Notes: a model not told the origin generated them from the letters alone. Positions 37,778 to 48,365 are shown, counted from the first letter of the stretch. The stretch: DNA of 64,000 nt from Patescibacteria group bacterium (GCA_042577965.1 JBHPDK010000002.1:6635-70634); one strand, 5' to 3'. Program-made: numbers and translations.

Positions 37778-39040
37778 TTAAGGGGCTATATTTTGCCATT
37801 TTTCCTCTTGCCTTACAAGCAATTCTTTTGCTTTTTCAGGGTGTTTCATAATCTCCTTAATAAAGATTTCTAAACGCACTTTGTTTTGTGAACCTTTCAC
37901 CAAAATAATATCCCTGCCTCCCATCATGTTTTTGTAGTGTATGGCAGCCTCTTTGGCACTTTTAAAACTAAATATATTTGATGAATTCATACCTTGTTTG
38001 TTGGCAGCAGCGTTTGCATATCGAACATCTTCTCCAACTGTAATTAAAATATCTACATATTGAGGTACAATTGAACCAATTTCTTGATGCAGCTTAATAG
38101 AATTTTCACCAAGCTCATTCATATTTCCAAAAATAAACACCCTGCGGCCATTACGCTTGTTTCCAAAATAATCCAAAACCTTTAAAGACTCTTTAACAGC
38201 ATCTGGTGAAGCATTATATGAACTGTCTAAAATTAAAGTATCTTGCAAGCCTTCAATCAAACTCAGGCGACCTGGCGGAAGTCTGTAATTCATTAAGGCT
38301 TCTTGAATATTAGCAATTGGTACATCAGTTAAAAATCCTAAAACAATGGCAGGAAAAAGTGTTGAAACATGATATTCGCCGAATACCGGTACAAAAAACT
38401 GATAATCCTTTCCTTTATATTCAACATCAAAATCAATACCTTTTTCATTTTGTATAAAACTGAATGCCTTAAAATCAGCAAAATCCGCAAAGCCATAAGT
38501 TATATCTCCTTTGATTTTCGCAATAAGCGGATCATCAATATTAATAAGTTTTGTTTTCGCATTACTAAAAATTTTGCTTTTTTCACTAAAAATTTCATCC
38601 ACAGACTTAAACTGGCCGTCGGCAAGGTGGGCTGGTTTTATGGCTGTAATAACAGCAAAATCAGGGGGCGCCAGTTTGGTTAAAAAGTCCATATCCCCTG
38701 CTTTATCAACACCCATTTCCAAAACCAGATAATCATATTTATCTTTTACAAAAAAGGTACGCCAAAAACCTCCAAATAAGATTTTTACCCAGTCGATTGG
38801 CGAATTAAAACCCGAATTTTGTTGCAAAATTGTCAAAGGAAGCCCGAATTCACTGTTAAAACTTTTTTTATTTTTCAAAACACGATACCTCTTCGACAAA
38901 ACTTCATAAATAGCATCTTTGCAACTGGTCTTACCAACCGAACCAGTCACTCCAATCACTTTTGCCTTCATTCGCCTAAGTTTAATCCTTGCAAGAATCT
39001 CAAGCTTTTTAAGAACGATTTTTCTTAAAATTGATTTCAT
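37778..39040 (-). CDS. murF: UDP-MurNAc-tripeptide:D-Ala-D-Ala ligase
   Basis: GVTGSVGKT, DSSYNASP, GNMNELG, LVKGS. Confidence 0.92.
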   Translation of the reverse strand: MKSILRKIVLKKLEILARIKLRRMKAKVIGVTGSVGKTSCKDAIYEVLSKRYRVLKNKKSFNSEFGLPLTILQQNSGFNSPIDWVKILFGGFWRTFFVKDKYDYLVLEMGVDKAGDMDFLTKLAPPDFAVITAIKPAHLADGQFKSVDEIFSEKSKIFSNAKTKLINIDDPLIAKIKGDITYGFADFADFKAFSFIQNEKGIDFDVEYKGKDYQFFVPVFGEYHVSTLFPAIVLGFLTDVPIANIQEALMNYRLPPGRLSLIEGLQDTLILDSSYNASPDAVKESLKVLDYFGNKRNGRRVFIFGNMNELGENSIKLHQEIGSIVPQYVDILITVGEDVRYANAAANKQGMNSSNIFSFKSAKEAAIHYKNMMGGRDIILVKGSQNKVRLEIFIKEIMKHPEKAKELLVRQEEKWQNIAP

Positions 39041-39074
39041 ATATAATTACCCTAGAAATTAGCACCGACATTAT

Positions 39075-39356
39075 ATGCGAAAACAGGCACATTTAACAAT
39101 ATTAGGCATTGTTCAAGGTGTTTTTTACAGAGATTTCACTCAGGAGAATGCACTGGAACTTGGATTAACAGGCTGGGTTCGAAATGTCTCAGACGGAACA
39201 GTTGAGACATGCGTCCAGGGCACCGAAGAAGAGATTAAAGAACTAATCCAAAGGTGCTATGAAGGTCCTCCTTCAGCACAGGTTGAGGATATAAAGGTGG
39301 AATGGGAAAATCTTGATGAGAAATTTGATACGTTCGAGGTTCGTTTTTCTAATTAA
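39075..39356 (+). CDS. acyP: Acylphosphatase
   Basis: GIVQGVFYR, GWVRN, GPPSA. Confidence 0.95.
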   Translation: MRKQAHLTILGIVQGVFYRDFTQENALELGLTGWVRNVSDGTVETCVQGTEEEIKELIQRCYEGPPSAQVEDIKVEWENLDEKFDTFEVRFSN

Positions 39357-40048
39357 GTTTTAGTTGTCGTAAGGTTTTCAAGATGTCGACGTTTACGCCC
39401 AATTGCTTCCCTCAAAGAACTACTTATAGGTATTCCATCTTGAGGATTTTCCAAACAATCCAACATTTCTAAATTAGCTTGAGGTACAGCGACAGATCTC
39501 ACAGTCCGATTAGGACTTTTAATAGCTAACCATATAATTTCTTCAGTAACTTTAGGATGAGTAAGTATGGCTTTTGTAATATATTGTCTATTACCTCCCC
39601 AGGGATTTTCAATTCCTGAGATCATCTCCATTGCACTACGCAAAACATTAACTGTAACACCAGCATTATATTTTAGAAGAAATAAAACTTCAGTCCGGTC
39701 ACAAACTTCTAAAGCTTTCAAAAATAAATCTTCTTCTAAATAAGGGATTTTATTTTGAATTGGTTTCCTTAATTTCCCTCTTCTAGGAGGCGGATGATGT
39801 TTATCAATAATTTGTTTAGTGCGTTGTACAACTTGTTGAATTTTTTCAAACTCAGCATCATTGGGCCCTTCATAAAGAAGTTTTTCTCTTGTGTCTTCTG
39901 CAGCGATTATCAATTTTAATAATTTTATCTTGCCTTTAAATTGAGATACAAGCCCATTTAGCTCTTGCAGGCTTTCTTCTGGAGTGCTTTGGCAAGCAAC
40001 AGTTAGATAAACAATTGTTTCAGGTGTTTTTGGTGAGTCTGATTCCAT
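39353..40048 (-). CDS. Hypothetical protein
   Basis: ORF from MESDSPKTPE; no recognised motif. Confidence 0.7.
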   Translation of the reverse strand: MESDSPKTPETIVYLTVACQSTPEESLQELNGLVSQFKGKIKLLKLIIAAEDTREKLLYEGPNDAEFEKIQQVVQRTKQIIDKHHPPPRRGKLRKPIQNKIPYLEEDLFLKALEVCDRTEVLFLLKYNAGVTVNVLRSAMEMISGIENPWGGNRQYITKAILTHPKVTEEIIWLAIKSPNRTVRSVAVPQANLEMLDCLENPQDGIPISSSLREAIGRKRRHLENLTTTKT

Positions 40049-40239
40049 ATAATTTGTAAAAGGATGCAATTATAACAAAAAATTGAATAACGTCAAGTAG
40101 CAAGTTGTTATTTATTGAGGTGCGCTATTAAAACCTCCTTATACAAATTTATAGCTTTTTTATATAAATTTGTATAGCGCATATAAAAAATCTCCACCCA
40201 CCCTCAAAGACAAGTGAAGATTTTAACCATTTATCATGT

Positions 40240-40602
40240 TCATTTTGCTACTGCAGCCCCTTTAGCCATTTCAACAACCGCTTTAAAAGCATCCGGGTTG
40301 TTTACTGCTAATTCAGCAAGCATTTTTCGGTCGAGTCGCACACCTGCATGCAGGCAGCCATTCATGAATCTGCTGTAGCTAATGCCGTGAGCACGGCATG
40401 CAGCATTAATTCGGGTGATCCATACGCTTCTAAAAGTTCTTTTTTTAAGCCTGCGATCGCGGTACGCGTTCACCCCTGCTTTCATAACTGCATTTTTTGC
40501 GTGTTTGAAAGTTTTGCTTCGGAGTCCTCGGTAACCTTTGGCAGCTTTTATAACTTTTTTGTGCCTACGGTGGGCAGCTACGCCTCTTTTTACTCTTGGC
40601 AT
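40240..40602 (-). CDS. rplT: 50S ribosomal protein L20
   Basis: [15 protein letters not shown]. Confidence 0.99.
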   Translation of the reverse strand: MPRVKRGVAAHRRHKKVIKAAKGYRGLRSKTFKHAKNAVMKAGVNAYRDRRLKKRTFRSVWITRINAACRAHGISYSRFMNGCLHAGVRLDRKMLAELAVNNPDAFKAVVEMAKGAAVAK

Positions 40603-40613
40603 GTTATGTTAAA

Positions 40614-40802
40614 TTAAAAAATAATTTTAGAAAGAAGTTTTTGCTGAGGTGCTTCAGCAACTTTTCCTTTATTGTTAAGTTTTTTCTGACGCTTTGATTT
40701 ATTTACAAGCAAATGATTCTTGCATGATTTTTGTACAACGAATTTTCCTGTACCAGTTTTTTTAACTCTTTTTTTTGCGCCGCTATGGGTTTTTTGCTTC
40801 AT
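40614..40802 (-). CDS. rpmI: 50S ribosomal protein L35
   Basis: MKQKTHSGAKKR. Confidence 0.97.
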   Translation of the reverse strand: MKQKTHSGAKKRVKKTGTGKFVVQKSCKNHLLVNKSKRQKKLNNKGKVAEAPQQKLLSKIIF

Positions 40803-40813
40803 GATTTTTAAGA

Positions 40814-41323
40814 TTATTTAAGTGGAGTTAATATCATAATTAGATTATTCCCCTGTCTTTTTGGCCCTTCTTCGACCTGCGCTATTTCTTCTAAGGTTTC
40901 TGCGAATTTTTTGAGTTTTTCCATTGCCAGATCAACATGTGCCAGCTCTCTTCCCCTAAAAATTAACGATACTTTTACTATATTTCTTGCTTTTAAAAAC
41001 TTTTCTGCCTGTTTTCTTTTCACTTCCATATCATGATCATCTGTTCTAAATCCTACTCTTACACCTTTTACTTCACTTTGCTTTTGCATTTTTTTATGCT
41101 TCTGGTCGATTTTCTTCTGCTTATATCTGTACTTACCAAAATCCATTAATTTACACACAGGAGGATTAGCATTCGGTGATACTTCCACCAAATCAATATC
41201 TTTCCCTTTGGCCATTCCAAGCGCTTTTTCAGTAGCCATAATTCCTAATTGGCCTCCTTCATCATCAATAAGCCTTACTGTTGGGACATTGATTTTTTCG
41301 TTAATCTTTAATTTCTTGTTTAT
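40814..41323 (-). CDS. infC: Translation initiation factor IF-3, non-canonical ATA start
   Basis: Frame extends 28 codons upstream of the track ATG (INEKI..VRLIDDEG.QLGI) to ATA at 41323; in-frame TAA lies 4 codons further upstream. Confidence 0.95.
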   Translation of the reverse strand: MNKKLKINEKINVPTVRLIDDEGGQLGIMATEKALGMAKGKDIDLVEVSPNANPPVCKLMDFGKYRYKQKKIDQKHKKMQKQSEVKGVRVGFRTDDHDMEVKRKQAEKFLKARNIVKVSLIFRGRELAHVDLAMEKLKKFAETLEEIAQVEEGPKRQGNNLIMILTPLK

Positions 41324-41389
41324 GGTTTTTGGTTAAAAGAAGCGCTTAAGGATTGTATGGGAAAAAGGGGCTAGAAGTCAAGAAAAATT

Positions 41390-43369
41390 CTATTTTTTAC
41401 CATGTCGATTTTTACTTCTTTTTATTTTTCTTCTTTTAGTAGGTGATGCAGCTTTCTTTATTCTTCTCCTACATTTATTTTTCTGAACTGGCTCCTTTTT
41501 TCTACTGAATGTTTTTGGAACAACTGATGCTGAAGCGCGCCTTCGTATTGTTCCTAATATTTTTTCTGGATCCGGCTCCTGTTCCTGCTCTTGCTCTTGC
41601 TCCTGCTCCTGCTCCTGCTCCTCTTCCTGCCCTAATCGCTCCAGTTTTTCTTTTACTACTGCAAGTTCTTTTTCTGTCATCTTTCTTATAAGAAGAACAG
41701 CTGTAGTTGGATCTTTTTTATCATTCACGAATGTTTCAACTATTTTAAGACCATGTTTTTCGCATAATTCCTTCATTTGTTTTATTGTTGGAAAATATGA
41801 AGGTAAAAGTAGTATTTCGTCTCCAGGTCCTTTTTCATAATAATGTGGTGAAGTAACTGAAAGAGACGTGTCTTTTAGATCTACTCTTATTTTCACTTTT
41901 CTTTTAAAGACAAGCCTGTGTACAACACCATAATAGCCTGGATTATCAGGATCTTCTTCAAAAGTTGTCATAATATTAAAACAATCGTTCCGATCTAACT
42001 CTTCATCACTATCTGGATCAAGAAAGGTTGTTAATTCAGGATCAGTAAATAAATGACTTACAAAATGCTGAGAGGCTTCAGAGTTGTAACCAGGTAAAAT
42101 TCTTTTTGTTTCTGCACGTCTTGCCGCAGATCTTTCTTCAGGTTTGTCCAGCTTACCAACATGAAAACTAAGAAGCGCATAAGTTGCTTTAATATTTTTT
42201 TCATTTTCTTCATCCCCATCACCAACAACCTCAGGTTCATCAAGAAAGTTCTTTGCAAATAAATCACGAAGCGTTATTTCAGGATGCTGGTTACATACAA
42301 CATTCCCGATTTGAGTAACCAGAGTAGTAAAATCGTCCTGGGTATGAAATTCACTTCCGTCTGTCTGTTGGAAAATTCCAGCACGAGGCTCAACCTCTAA
42401 TGGAAGCGGAACAGTTTGATCCAATTCATTTAATAATTGAGCATGCTCTTTTTTATGCATACTAAATTTTCTTGCTAGAATAAATCTACCTAAACTAACA
42501 ATTACATCTAAAGCATCTTCTAAATCAGCATCATGTCTTTCTAACTCACCACTCAAATATTCATAAAACAATTTTTCAATTTTACTTGCAGCTTCAGTAG
42601 GATGCTTAGTATTTCTTAAACCGTTTTCTGTTAAAAATTTAACTAAATCAATCCATGGACTTTGTTTTGTTATTTCTTGTCTGATTTGACGACCTCTAAT
42701 ATATTCTGCAATTGCATCATAAATACCAGCAACTGTTTTAAAAAGCATTTCAGGACTTACATCTACAAGTACAAGATCAACAAAACAACTGCGTATCATT
42801 TTAAAAATAACTTCAGCAATTTTACGCCCGGTCCCAGGGCCAAGATCCACTACTTTCAGATAATCTGAACCTGGATGCATTATTAATTCAAGAAGACGTT
42901 TTAGATTTTTTGCATCTTTCAAAATATCCAGATCTTGCTGTAACGATGCATATGCAAGATCCTTATCAACTTTTTCCCATGGATCACTATCACGATAGTG
43001 AGCATAAGTAGGCACTTTTCCTGTTTCAAGACTTTCAATAATATCTCTTTTTTGTGCTTCTTGTCTTAAAGCTTTTTCTTGTTCCCGAATTTCCACTTTA
43101 CAACGGGCAGAATCACTCATATCAGTTACTAAAGCAGGTTGTTCAGTAGGAGTAGGTGTTGTAGCCATTCTACTCAATGCTTCTTTTTGCGCTTCTTCTT
43201 CACTAAAACCTGTTGCCATTAAGTCCCGAACCCAATCTTTGAATATAGTTGCAAGCTGACCTGTCATACCTTTTGGCATTGTTATTTTTTGTGCGCCAGA
43301 TTCCTGCTGCTCTTCAGTAGCTTCTACATCATGTCCAGGCCCTCTTTTTTTCTCTTTCCCATTGGCCAT
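41390..43369 (-). CDS. Large SAM-dependent methyltransferase-like protein (EgtD-like motifs) with EQ repeat and basic tail
   Basis: VVDLGPGTGRK, LVDVSPEML, IGNVVCN, GYNS. Confidence 0.6.
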   Translation of the reverse strand: MANGKEKKRGPGHDVEATEEQQESGAQKITMPKGMTGQLATIFKDWVRDLMATGFSEEEAQKEALSRMATTPTPTEQPALVTDMSDSARCKVEIREQEKALRQEAQKRDIIESLETGKVPTYAHYRDSDPWEKVDKDLAYASLQQDLDILKDAKNLKRLLELIMHPGSDYLKVVDLGPGTGRKIAEVIFKMIRSCFVDLVLVDVSPEMLFKTVAGIYDAIAEYIRGRQIRQEITKQSPWIDLVKFLTENGLRNTKHPTEAASKIEKLFYEYLSGELERHDADLEDALDVIVSLGRFILARKFSMHKKEHAQLLNELDQTVPLPLEVEPRAGIFQQTDGSEFHTQDDFTTLVTQIGNVVCNQHPEITLRDLFAKNFLDEPEVVGDGDEENEKNIKATYALLSFHVGKLDKPEERSAARRAETKRILPGYNSEASQHFVSHLFTDPELTTFLDPDSDEELDRNDCFNIMTTFEEDPDNPGYYGVVHRLVFKRKVKIRVDLKDTSLSVTSPHYYEKGPGDEILLLPSYFPTIKQMKELCEKHGLKIVETFVNDKKDPTTAVLLIRKMTEKELAVVKEKLERLGQEEEQEQEQEQEQEQEQEPDPEKILGTIRRRASASVVPKTFSRKKEPVQKNKCRRRIKKAASPTKRRKIKRSKNRHGKK

Positions 43370-43542
43370 AATAAAAAAAATTTATAAGGCAGTTATTTTA
43401 AAACAAAAGGAGTAGTCTTGTCAAGCCTAATTTTAAGCTTTTTTTTATGCAATTCAAGCAACTTAACTGGCTTTTTACTTAAGTTTGTTTCGAATTAATA
43501 TTTATGTTAGAGTTATATCCCAAATATTTTAACTAATCAAGC

Positions 43543-44613
43543 GTGAAGTTTCGGCTTAAACAAGGTAAAAAAACAAGGCCAACAAAGATAGGAAATTTGA
43601 CTATTGGAGGTGAAAATCCAATTGCGATTCAGTCAATGACAACTACAAAAACCGAGGATTGGAAGTCCACAGTTGAACAAATTCATGCTTTAGAAGCTGA
43701 GAAATGCGACATAATTAGAGTAGCAATACCAAATATGGAAGCAGCAAAAGCAATTCCACAGATAAAAAAGCATACAACAATGCCACTTGTTGCTGATATT
43801 CACTTTGATCACAACCTTGCAATCGAGTCTTTTAAGCAGGGCGCAGACAAAATTCGCATAAATCCAGGAAATATTGGTTCAAAAGATGCAGTAGCTGAGG
43901 TTATTAAAGCTGCAAAAACTTTAAATAAAGCTATTCGTATTGGAATAAATTCAGGAAATATGGAAGATGAACTTTTAGAAAAATACGGGCACCCAACTGC
44001 CCCAGCATTTGTTGAATCTGCCTTAAACAGCATTGAATTTTGCGAAAAACTTGGCTTTAAAAATATAGTAGTTTCATTAAAATCTGTTGAAGTGCCTGAT
44101 TCTATCGAAGCATACAGACTTTTTGCACAAAAATCCGATTACCCACTTCATGTTGGAATGACTGAGGCTGGCACAATGATTCCAGGCATAAGCAAAAATG
44201 CAATTGGTATAGGAACTTTATTACAGGAAGGAATCGGTGACACAATCAGAGTTTCAATGACAGAGAGTCCGGTTGATCAGGTTAAAACAGCAAAAGAAAT
44301 CCTAAAATGCCTTCATTTATACGACAAAGAACCAACAATTATTTCTTGCCCTACATGCGGCAGAACAGAAATTGATGTTAAAAAATTATCACAGGAAGTT
44401 ACTCGCAGAACCGCCCATATTCAAAAACCATTAAAAATTACAGTTCTCGGTTGCGCTGTTAATGGGCCTGGTGAAGCCAAAGAAGCAGATTATGGAATAG
44501 CAGGCGGCCGAAAAAAAGGAGTAATTTATCGGAAAGGCGAAATTTACAAAGTTGTTCAAGAAGCACAATTACTCGACGAATTTATTAAGTTAATTGAATC
44601 TGAAAATGCCTAA
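43543..44613 (+). CDS. ispG: HMBPP synthase
   Basis: IQSMT, ADIHFD, RINPGNIG, CPTCGR, GCAVNGPGEA. Confidence 0.97.
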   Translation: MKFRLKQGKKTRPTKIGNLTIGGENPIAIQSMTTTKTEDWKSTVEQIHALEAEKCDIIRVAIPNMEAAKAIPQIKKHTTMPLVADIHFDHNLAIESFKQGADKIRINPGNIGSKDAVAEVIKAAKTLNKAIRIGINSGNMEDELLEKYGHPTAPAFVESALNSIEFCEKLGFKNIVVSLKSVEVPDSIEAYRLFAQKSDYPLHVGMTEAGTMIPGISKNAIGIGTLLQEGIGDTIRVSMTESPVDQVKTAKEILKCLHLYDKEPTIISCPTCGRTEIDVKKLSQEVTRRTAHIQKPLKITVLGCAVNGPGEAKEADYGIAGGRKKGVIYRKGEIYKVVQEAQLLDEFIKLIESENA

Positions 44614-45598
44614 AAACATTATTATTATTGGCTCAACAGGCTCAATCGGCACTCAGGCGCTTAATGTTATTCGCTCAAATTTATCAGATTTTAATGTAGT
44701 TGGATTATCTGCGTATAAAAATCAGGAACTTTTAGATAAACAAATTGCAGAATTTAATCCAAAATATGGCGGTACATTATGCGAAAAAAAACTCAAGAAA
44801 ATGGTTTTGCAAAATGATGTGGATATTATTTTATTTGGATGCCGCGGTACAGATTTGATTGATGTTCTTCGGGAAACAATCAAAGCCAACAAGCATATAG
44901 CAATTGCAAATAAAGAAATGATTGTAGAATTTGGTGAGGAAATTATGCAGCTTGTGCATGGTTCAGATTGTAAATTTATTCCTGTTGATTCTGAGCACAA
45001 TGCGATTTTTCAGATTTTGGATAATCGAAACGTTCGGGATGTTGAAAAAATTACACTCACATGCTCTGGTGGACCGTTTTTTAATCGTCCTGATCTAAAA
45101 AACATAACAATTGATGAAGCTTTGAGTCATCCAAAATGGAAAATGGGTAAAAAAATCACAATCGACAGTGCAACTTTGATGAATAAGGCTATTGAAATAA
45201 TTGAAGCTAAGTATTTATTTGATTTGGATCCTTCACAAATAGAAGTTTTGGTGCATCCGGAGTGTATTGTTCATGGAATTGTGCATTTTAAAGATGGCTC
45301 ATCAATTGCACATATGGGCTTCCCTGACATGCAAATCCCAATTTCATATGCACTTTATTATCCTGAATCTCACAAAAATAATTTACCGCGTTTTGATTTA
45401 AAAGGTGAGTCTTTATCGTTTTTTGAGCCTGATCATGACAAATTTCCTTCAATAAAATTTGCTTATTCAGCATTAAAAAACCGAAATGCAGCAGGATTAA
45501 GAAGAGCAAATGACGAAGCAGTTGAAAAATTTTTAAATGAAGAAATTGAATTTGAAGATATATTTAAATTTATAAAAAACAAGGCGGACGTCCGATAG
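44606..45598 (+). CDS. dxr: 1-deoxy-D-xylulose-5-phosphate reductoisomerase
   Basis: GSTGSIG, ANKE, PVDSEH, HPKWKMG, DSATLMNK. Confidence 0.97.
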   Translation: MPKNIIIIGSTGSIGTQALNVIRSNLSDFNVVGLSAYKNQELLDKQIAEFNPKYGGTLCEKKLKKMVLQNDVDIILFGCRGTDLIDVLRETIKANKHIAIANKEMIVEFGEEIMQLVHGSDCKFIPVDSEHNAIFQILDNRNVRDVEKITLTCSGGPFFNRPDLKNITIDEALSHPKWKMGKKITIDSATLMNKAIEIIEAKYLFDLDPSQIEVLVHPECIVHGIVHFKDGSSIAHMGFPDMQIPISYALYYPESHKNNLPRFDLKGESLSFFEPDHDKFPSIKFAYSALKNRNAAGLRRANDEAVEKFLNEEIEFEDIFKFIKNKADVR

Positions 45599-45612
45599 GA
45601 GCGCCCGCCTTT
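45581..45612. terminator. Hairpin between convergent genes
   Basis: AAGGCGGACG...CGCCCGCCTT. Confidence 0.6.
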
Positions 45613-45634
45613 ATAGCATCCGTGCCCCGGGTTG

Positions 45635-46108
45635 CTACAGGTTACCTACTGGTTCCACTTTCAGGAACTTGTGGCGGAAGTGACGAATCAGAGACTCGTA
45701 CTTATCGCTCACTTCAACGAAACGTTGGTGCTTCGTTTTGAACTTCTGCTCCTTTCTGTTCAGTTTGCGGAAGTAGCCTTCTTCGAGCATGCCTCTAGCT
45801 AGTTCACGCGCGAACGCGCGCCTGACATTGAAGCATTTCCGCCCGGCACGCCTTACCAGTTCCTTGGTATGGCCGTAGCCTTTGCGGAAGGTTTCGAAGC
45901 GCTGCCCCTGCTCCTTTCGTGGCAGCTTCTTCAGGGCTGAAAGCCCTTTGTTGTACTGCTTGAGTTTAGCAGTGAGGGTGTCCGTCTTCTCGCAGCACTC
46001 ATCTGCGAGCCTCATAGCACCTTTGTCCAGTTCCGGGTCCTTTTTGGGCTTGAAACAGCCCATCCAGGATGCCGAAAGCACCAGGCAAAGAATCGTGATG
46101 TACTTCAT
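45635..46108 (-). CDS. GC-rich basic helical lipoprotein
   Basis: MKYITILCLVLSASWMGC; AGGGGG SD. Confidence 0.7.
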   Translation of the reverse strand: MKYITILCLVLSASWMGCFKPKKDPELDKGAMRLADECCEKTDTLTAKLKQYNKGLSALKKLPRKEQGQRFETFRKGYGHTKELVRRAGRKCFNVRRAFARELARGMLEEGYFRKLNRKEQKFKTKHQRFVEVSDKYESLIRHFRHKFLKVEPVGNL

Positions 46109-46343
46109 TCCGTTCCCCCTTGTATTCAGTTGTTGGGCACAGACACAGAGAATTTTTTGCCTACCATCAATTATCCAAAGGATACCAATGGTAAGACACA
46201 AATTTCTCTGTGTATGCAAATAATTATTTGTCAAAAAGCATATAGGAACTTTAGTTTAATATAAATAGCTAAAATGTCAACCATGGTAGTTGAATTTTCC
46301 TCTATTTTATGCTAAAATATGAAGATCTAACCGTGCCCAAAAT

Positions 46344-47375
46344 ATGAGCTCAGGACAACCAAAAAAACCATCTCCGGAAGTTCCGGGTAAAAGTACACTC
46401 GAATTAAAAATCGAGAGAACTGCGCTGGAGCGTGATAGAGTCACAAATAGACTACTTTCAAGTTTGATTCCGGCAAATAAAAGTGTACGAAAATTTATTG
46501 AAGATGCATGTAAATTTGCAAAAATAACCCCCCCAAAACAAGGTGACCCACTTGCGCCTTATGTTTATAAACTCCAAAAAAAGGTATGTAAATTTAAGCT
46601 GACCGATACCGCAAATGGCTGTGATGGAAAACTTGGGCCAATAACTTTTACAGAGCTTCTAAAAGAGCTTCCTCAACTTGCAAAAGGTTATTCAAAACAA
46701 GCAAGAATAGGAAAACATAAAGCTCAGAGGCAAGGCTTGGCAACCTTGATGGGCGCTCCTCGACAAACGGTTGATGCTAAACGCGGTGATTTTAAAAAAA
46801 CAAAGCAGGTAGGTGATTCATTAACATATCAGCTTGTACATTATTCAAAAGATAGAGCAAAATTCAGAGCACAAAATAAAAGATTTTTTAAAGGAGGAAG
46901 GTCAGTAATCACAATGCGAAAAAAATTAGAAAGAAATCCAAAATTAATTGATAATACTGCCACATTCACACTTTGGGCAGGAGCCAATGATATTTATTAC
47001 AGAAGCCCGGAACGAATTCATAGAGAAACTGAAAGAATCATTGAAATAATCTTGTCTCGAAATCCAAATGCTAAAATTGCGCTTTTAACATTGCACGGCG
47101 ACACTTTCAGAGGCTTTAGAAAAAAGCAGGCTACAGTTAAAAGAAAAATCTCAAGACTCAACACTTTAATTCGAAAAACAGGCCAAAAACATGCTAATAA
47201 CGTAAAAGTTATTGAAATGAGAAGAGAAATATATTCAGCAGAAGGGAAAGGTAAAAGAGTTTTAGCTCCAGACAAATTACATTTAACAGTAAAAGGGGCT
47301 CGCGCAATTGATACCTTGCTTAAGGATGAGATCCAAAATGGAACTCATGGCCCATTAACAAGTTACATGGCATAG
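46344..47375 (+). CDS. SGNH/GDSL hydrolase with a peptidoglycan-binding-like motif
   Basis: VGDSLT, GG, GAND, DKLH blocks; DGKLGPIT motif. Confidence 0.75.
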   Translation: MSSGQPKKPSPEVPGKSTLELKIERTALERDRVTNRLLSSLIPANKSVRKFIEDACKFAKITPPKQGDPLAPYVYKLQKKVCKFKLTDTANGCDGKLGPITFTELLKELPQLAKGYSKQARIGKHKAQRQGLATLMGAPRQTVDAKRGDFKKTKQVGDSLTYQLVHYSKDRAKFRAQNKRFFKGGRSVITMRKKLERNPKLIDNTATFTLWAGANDIYYRSPERIHRETERIIEIILSRNPNAKIALLTLHGDTFRGFRKKQATVKRKISRLNTLIRKTGQKHANNVKVIEMRREIYSAEGKGKRVLAPDKLHLTVKGARAIDTLLKDEIQNGTHGPLTSYMA

Positions 47376-47381
47376 GCTATA

Positions 47382-48356
47382 ATGCCACGGAAGCAAATAC
47401 CTAAATGCATTATGGTAAAAACTGTTATCGGGATTATTTCGTATAATGATCTTCATTATCTTAAAAAAACTCTGCCAATTTTAAATGAGCTTCCTGACTC
47501 TAAAATTGTTATTTTAGACAACGCCCATAACCATGAGGTTCAAAAGTTTGTGAATCAAAAATATCCTGAGATTGATTTTATAAGGCACCGCGATGGTAAT
47601 CTTGGATTTGGTAGAGGTCATAATTATATTGTTCTTAAGTCCCCTGCTTCGGATTATTTTTTCTGCCTTAATAACGATATTTTATTAGAACCATCAACAT
47701 ATAAAAAATGTGTGAAGTTTTTAGATGGCCACAAAGACTCATGTATAATTTCTGCTAAACTTTATCATTGGGATTTTGCACATGACCAAAAAACAAAAAT
47801 CATCGATACACTTGGAATTATAGGAACCCGTGCTCATCATTTTTGGGATCGCGGACAGGGTAAGGAGGATAAGGGCCAATATGATAATTCGATTAATAAT
47901 ATTTTTGGGATTTCAGGAGCAGCTTTTTTTATCAGACGATCATGCATTCCAAAGCTTCAAGGTTCGACTAATCAGATTTTTGATGAAAACTTTTTTATGT
48001 ATAAAGAGGATATTGACCTTGCATATCGCATGCGATGGCAGGGCATGAAGATCGATTTTTTGCCTGATGTACTTGGATATCACGATCGCACAGTTGGAAA
48101 GAAAAAAAAGAAGTCAAAGTTTGAAGCAAAGATGAGTTATAAAAATCACCTTTTACTTTTACGAAATAATTTCAGTTCAAAATATCCTTTTAATTATAAA
48201 TATCTTACTTTTATTCACGAGGGGCTTAAGTTTTTTTATTATCTTTTACGCAATCCAAAAATACTTGCAGAATTCCCAAAAGCCTTTAAGATAAAAATCC
48301 GGAAATCAGAAAGAACAATCCCGCCGCGTAAAATGAAGAAATTCTTTCTTAAATAA
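47382..48356 (+). CDS. Glycosyltransferase family 2 (start may be 47412)
   Basis: LDNA, NLGFGRGHN, LNND, FFMYKEDIDL. Confidence 0.92.
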   Translation: MPRKQIPKCIMVKTVIGIISYNDLHYLKKTLPILNELPDSKIVILDNAHNHEVQKFVNQKYPEIDFIRHRDGNLGFGRGHNYIVLKSPASDYFFCLNNDILLEPSTYKKCVKFLDGHKDSCIISAKLYHWDFAHDQKTKIIDTLGIIGTRAHHFWDRGQGKEDKGQYDNSINNIFGISGAAFFIRRSCIPKLQGSTNQIFDENFFMYKEDIDLAYRMRWQGMKIDFLPDVLGYHDRTVGKKKKKSKFEAKMSYKNHLLLLRNNFSSKYPFNYKYLTFIHEGLKFFYYLLRNPKILAEFPKAFKIKIRKSERTIPPRKMKKFFLK

Positions 48357-48365
48357 CCTGCCAAG

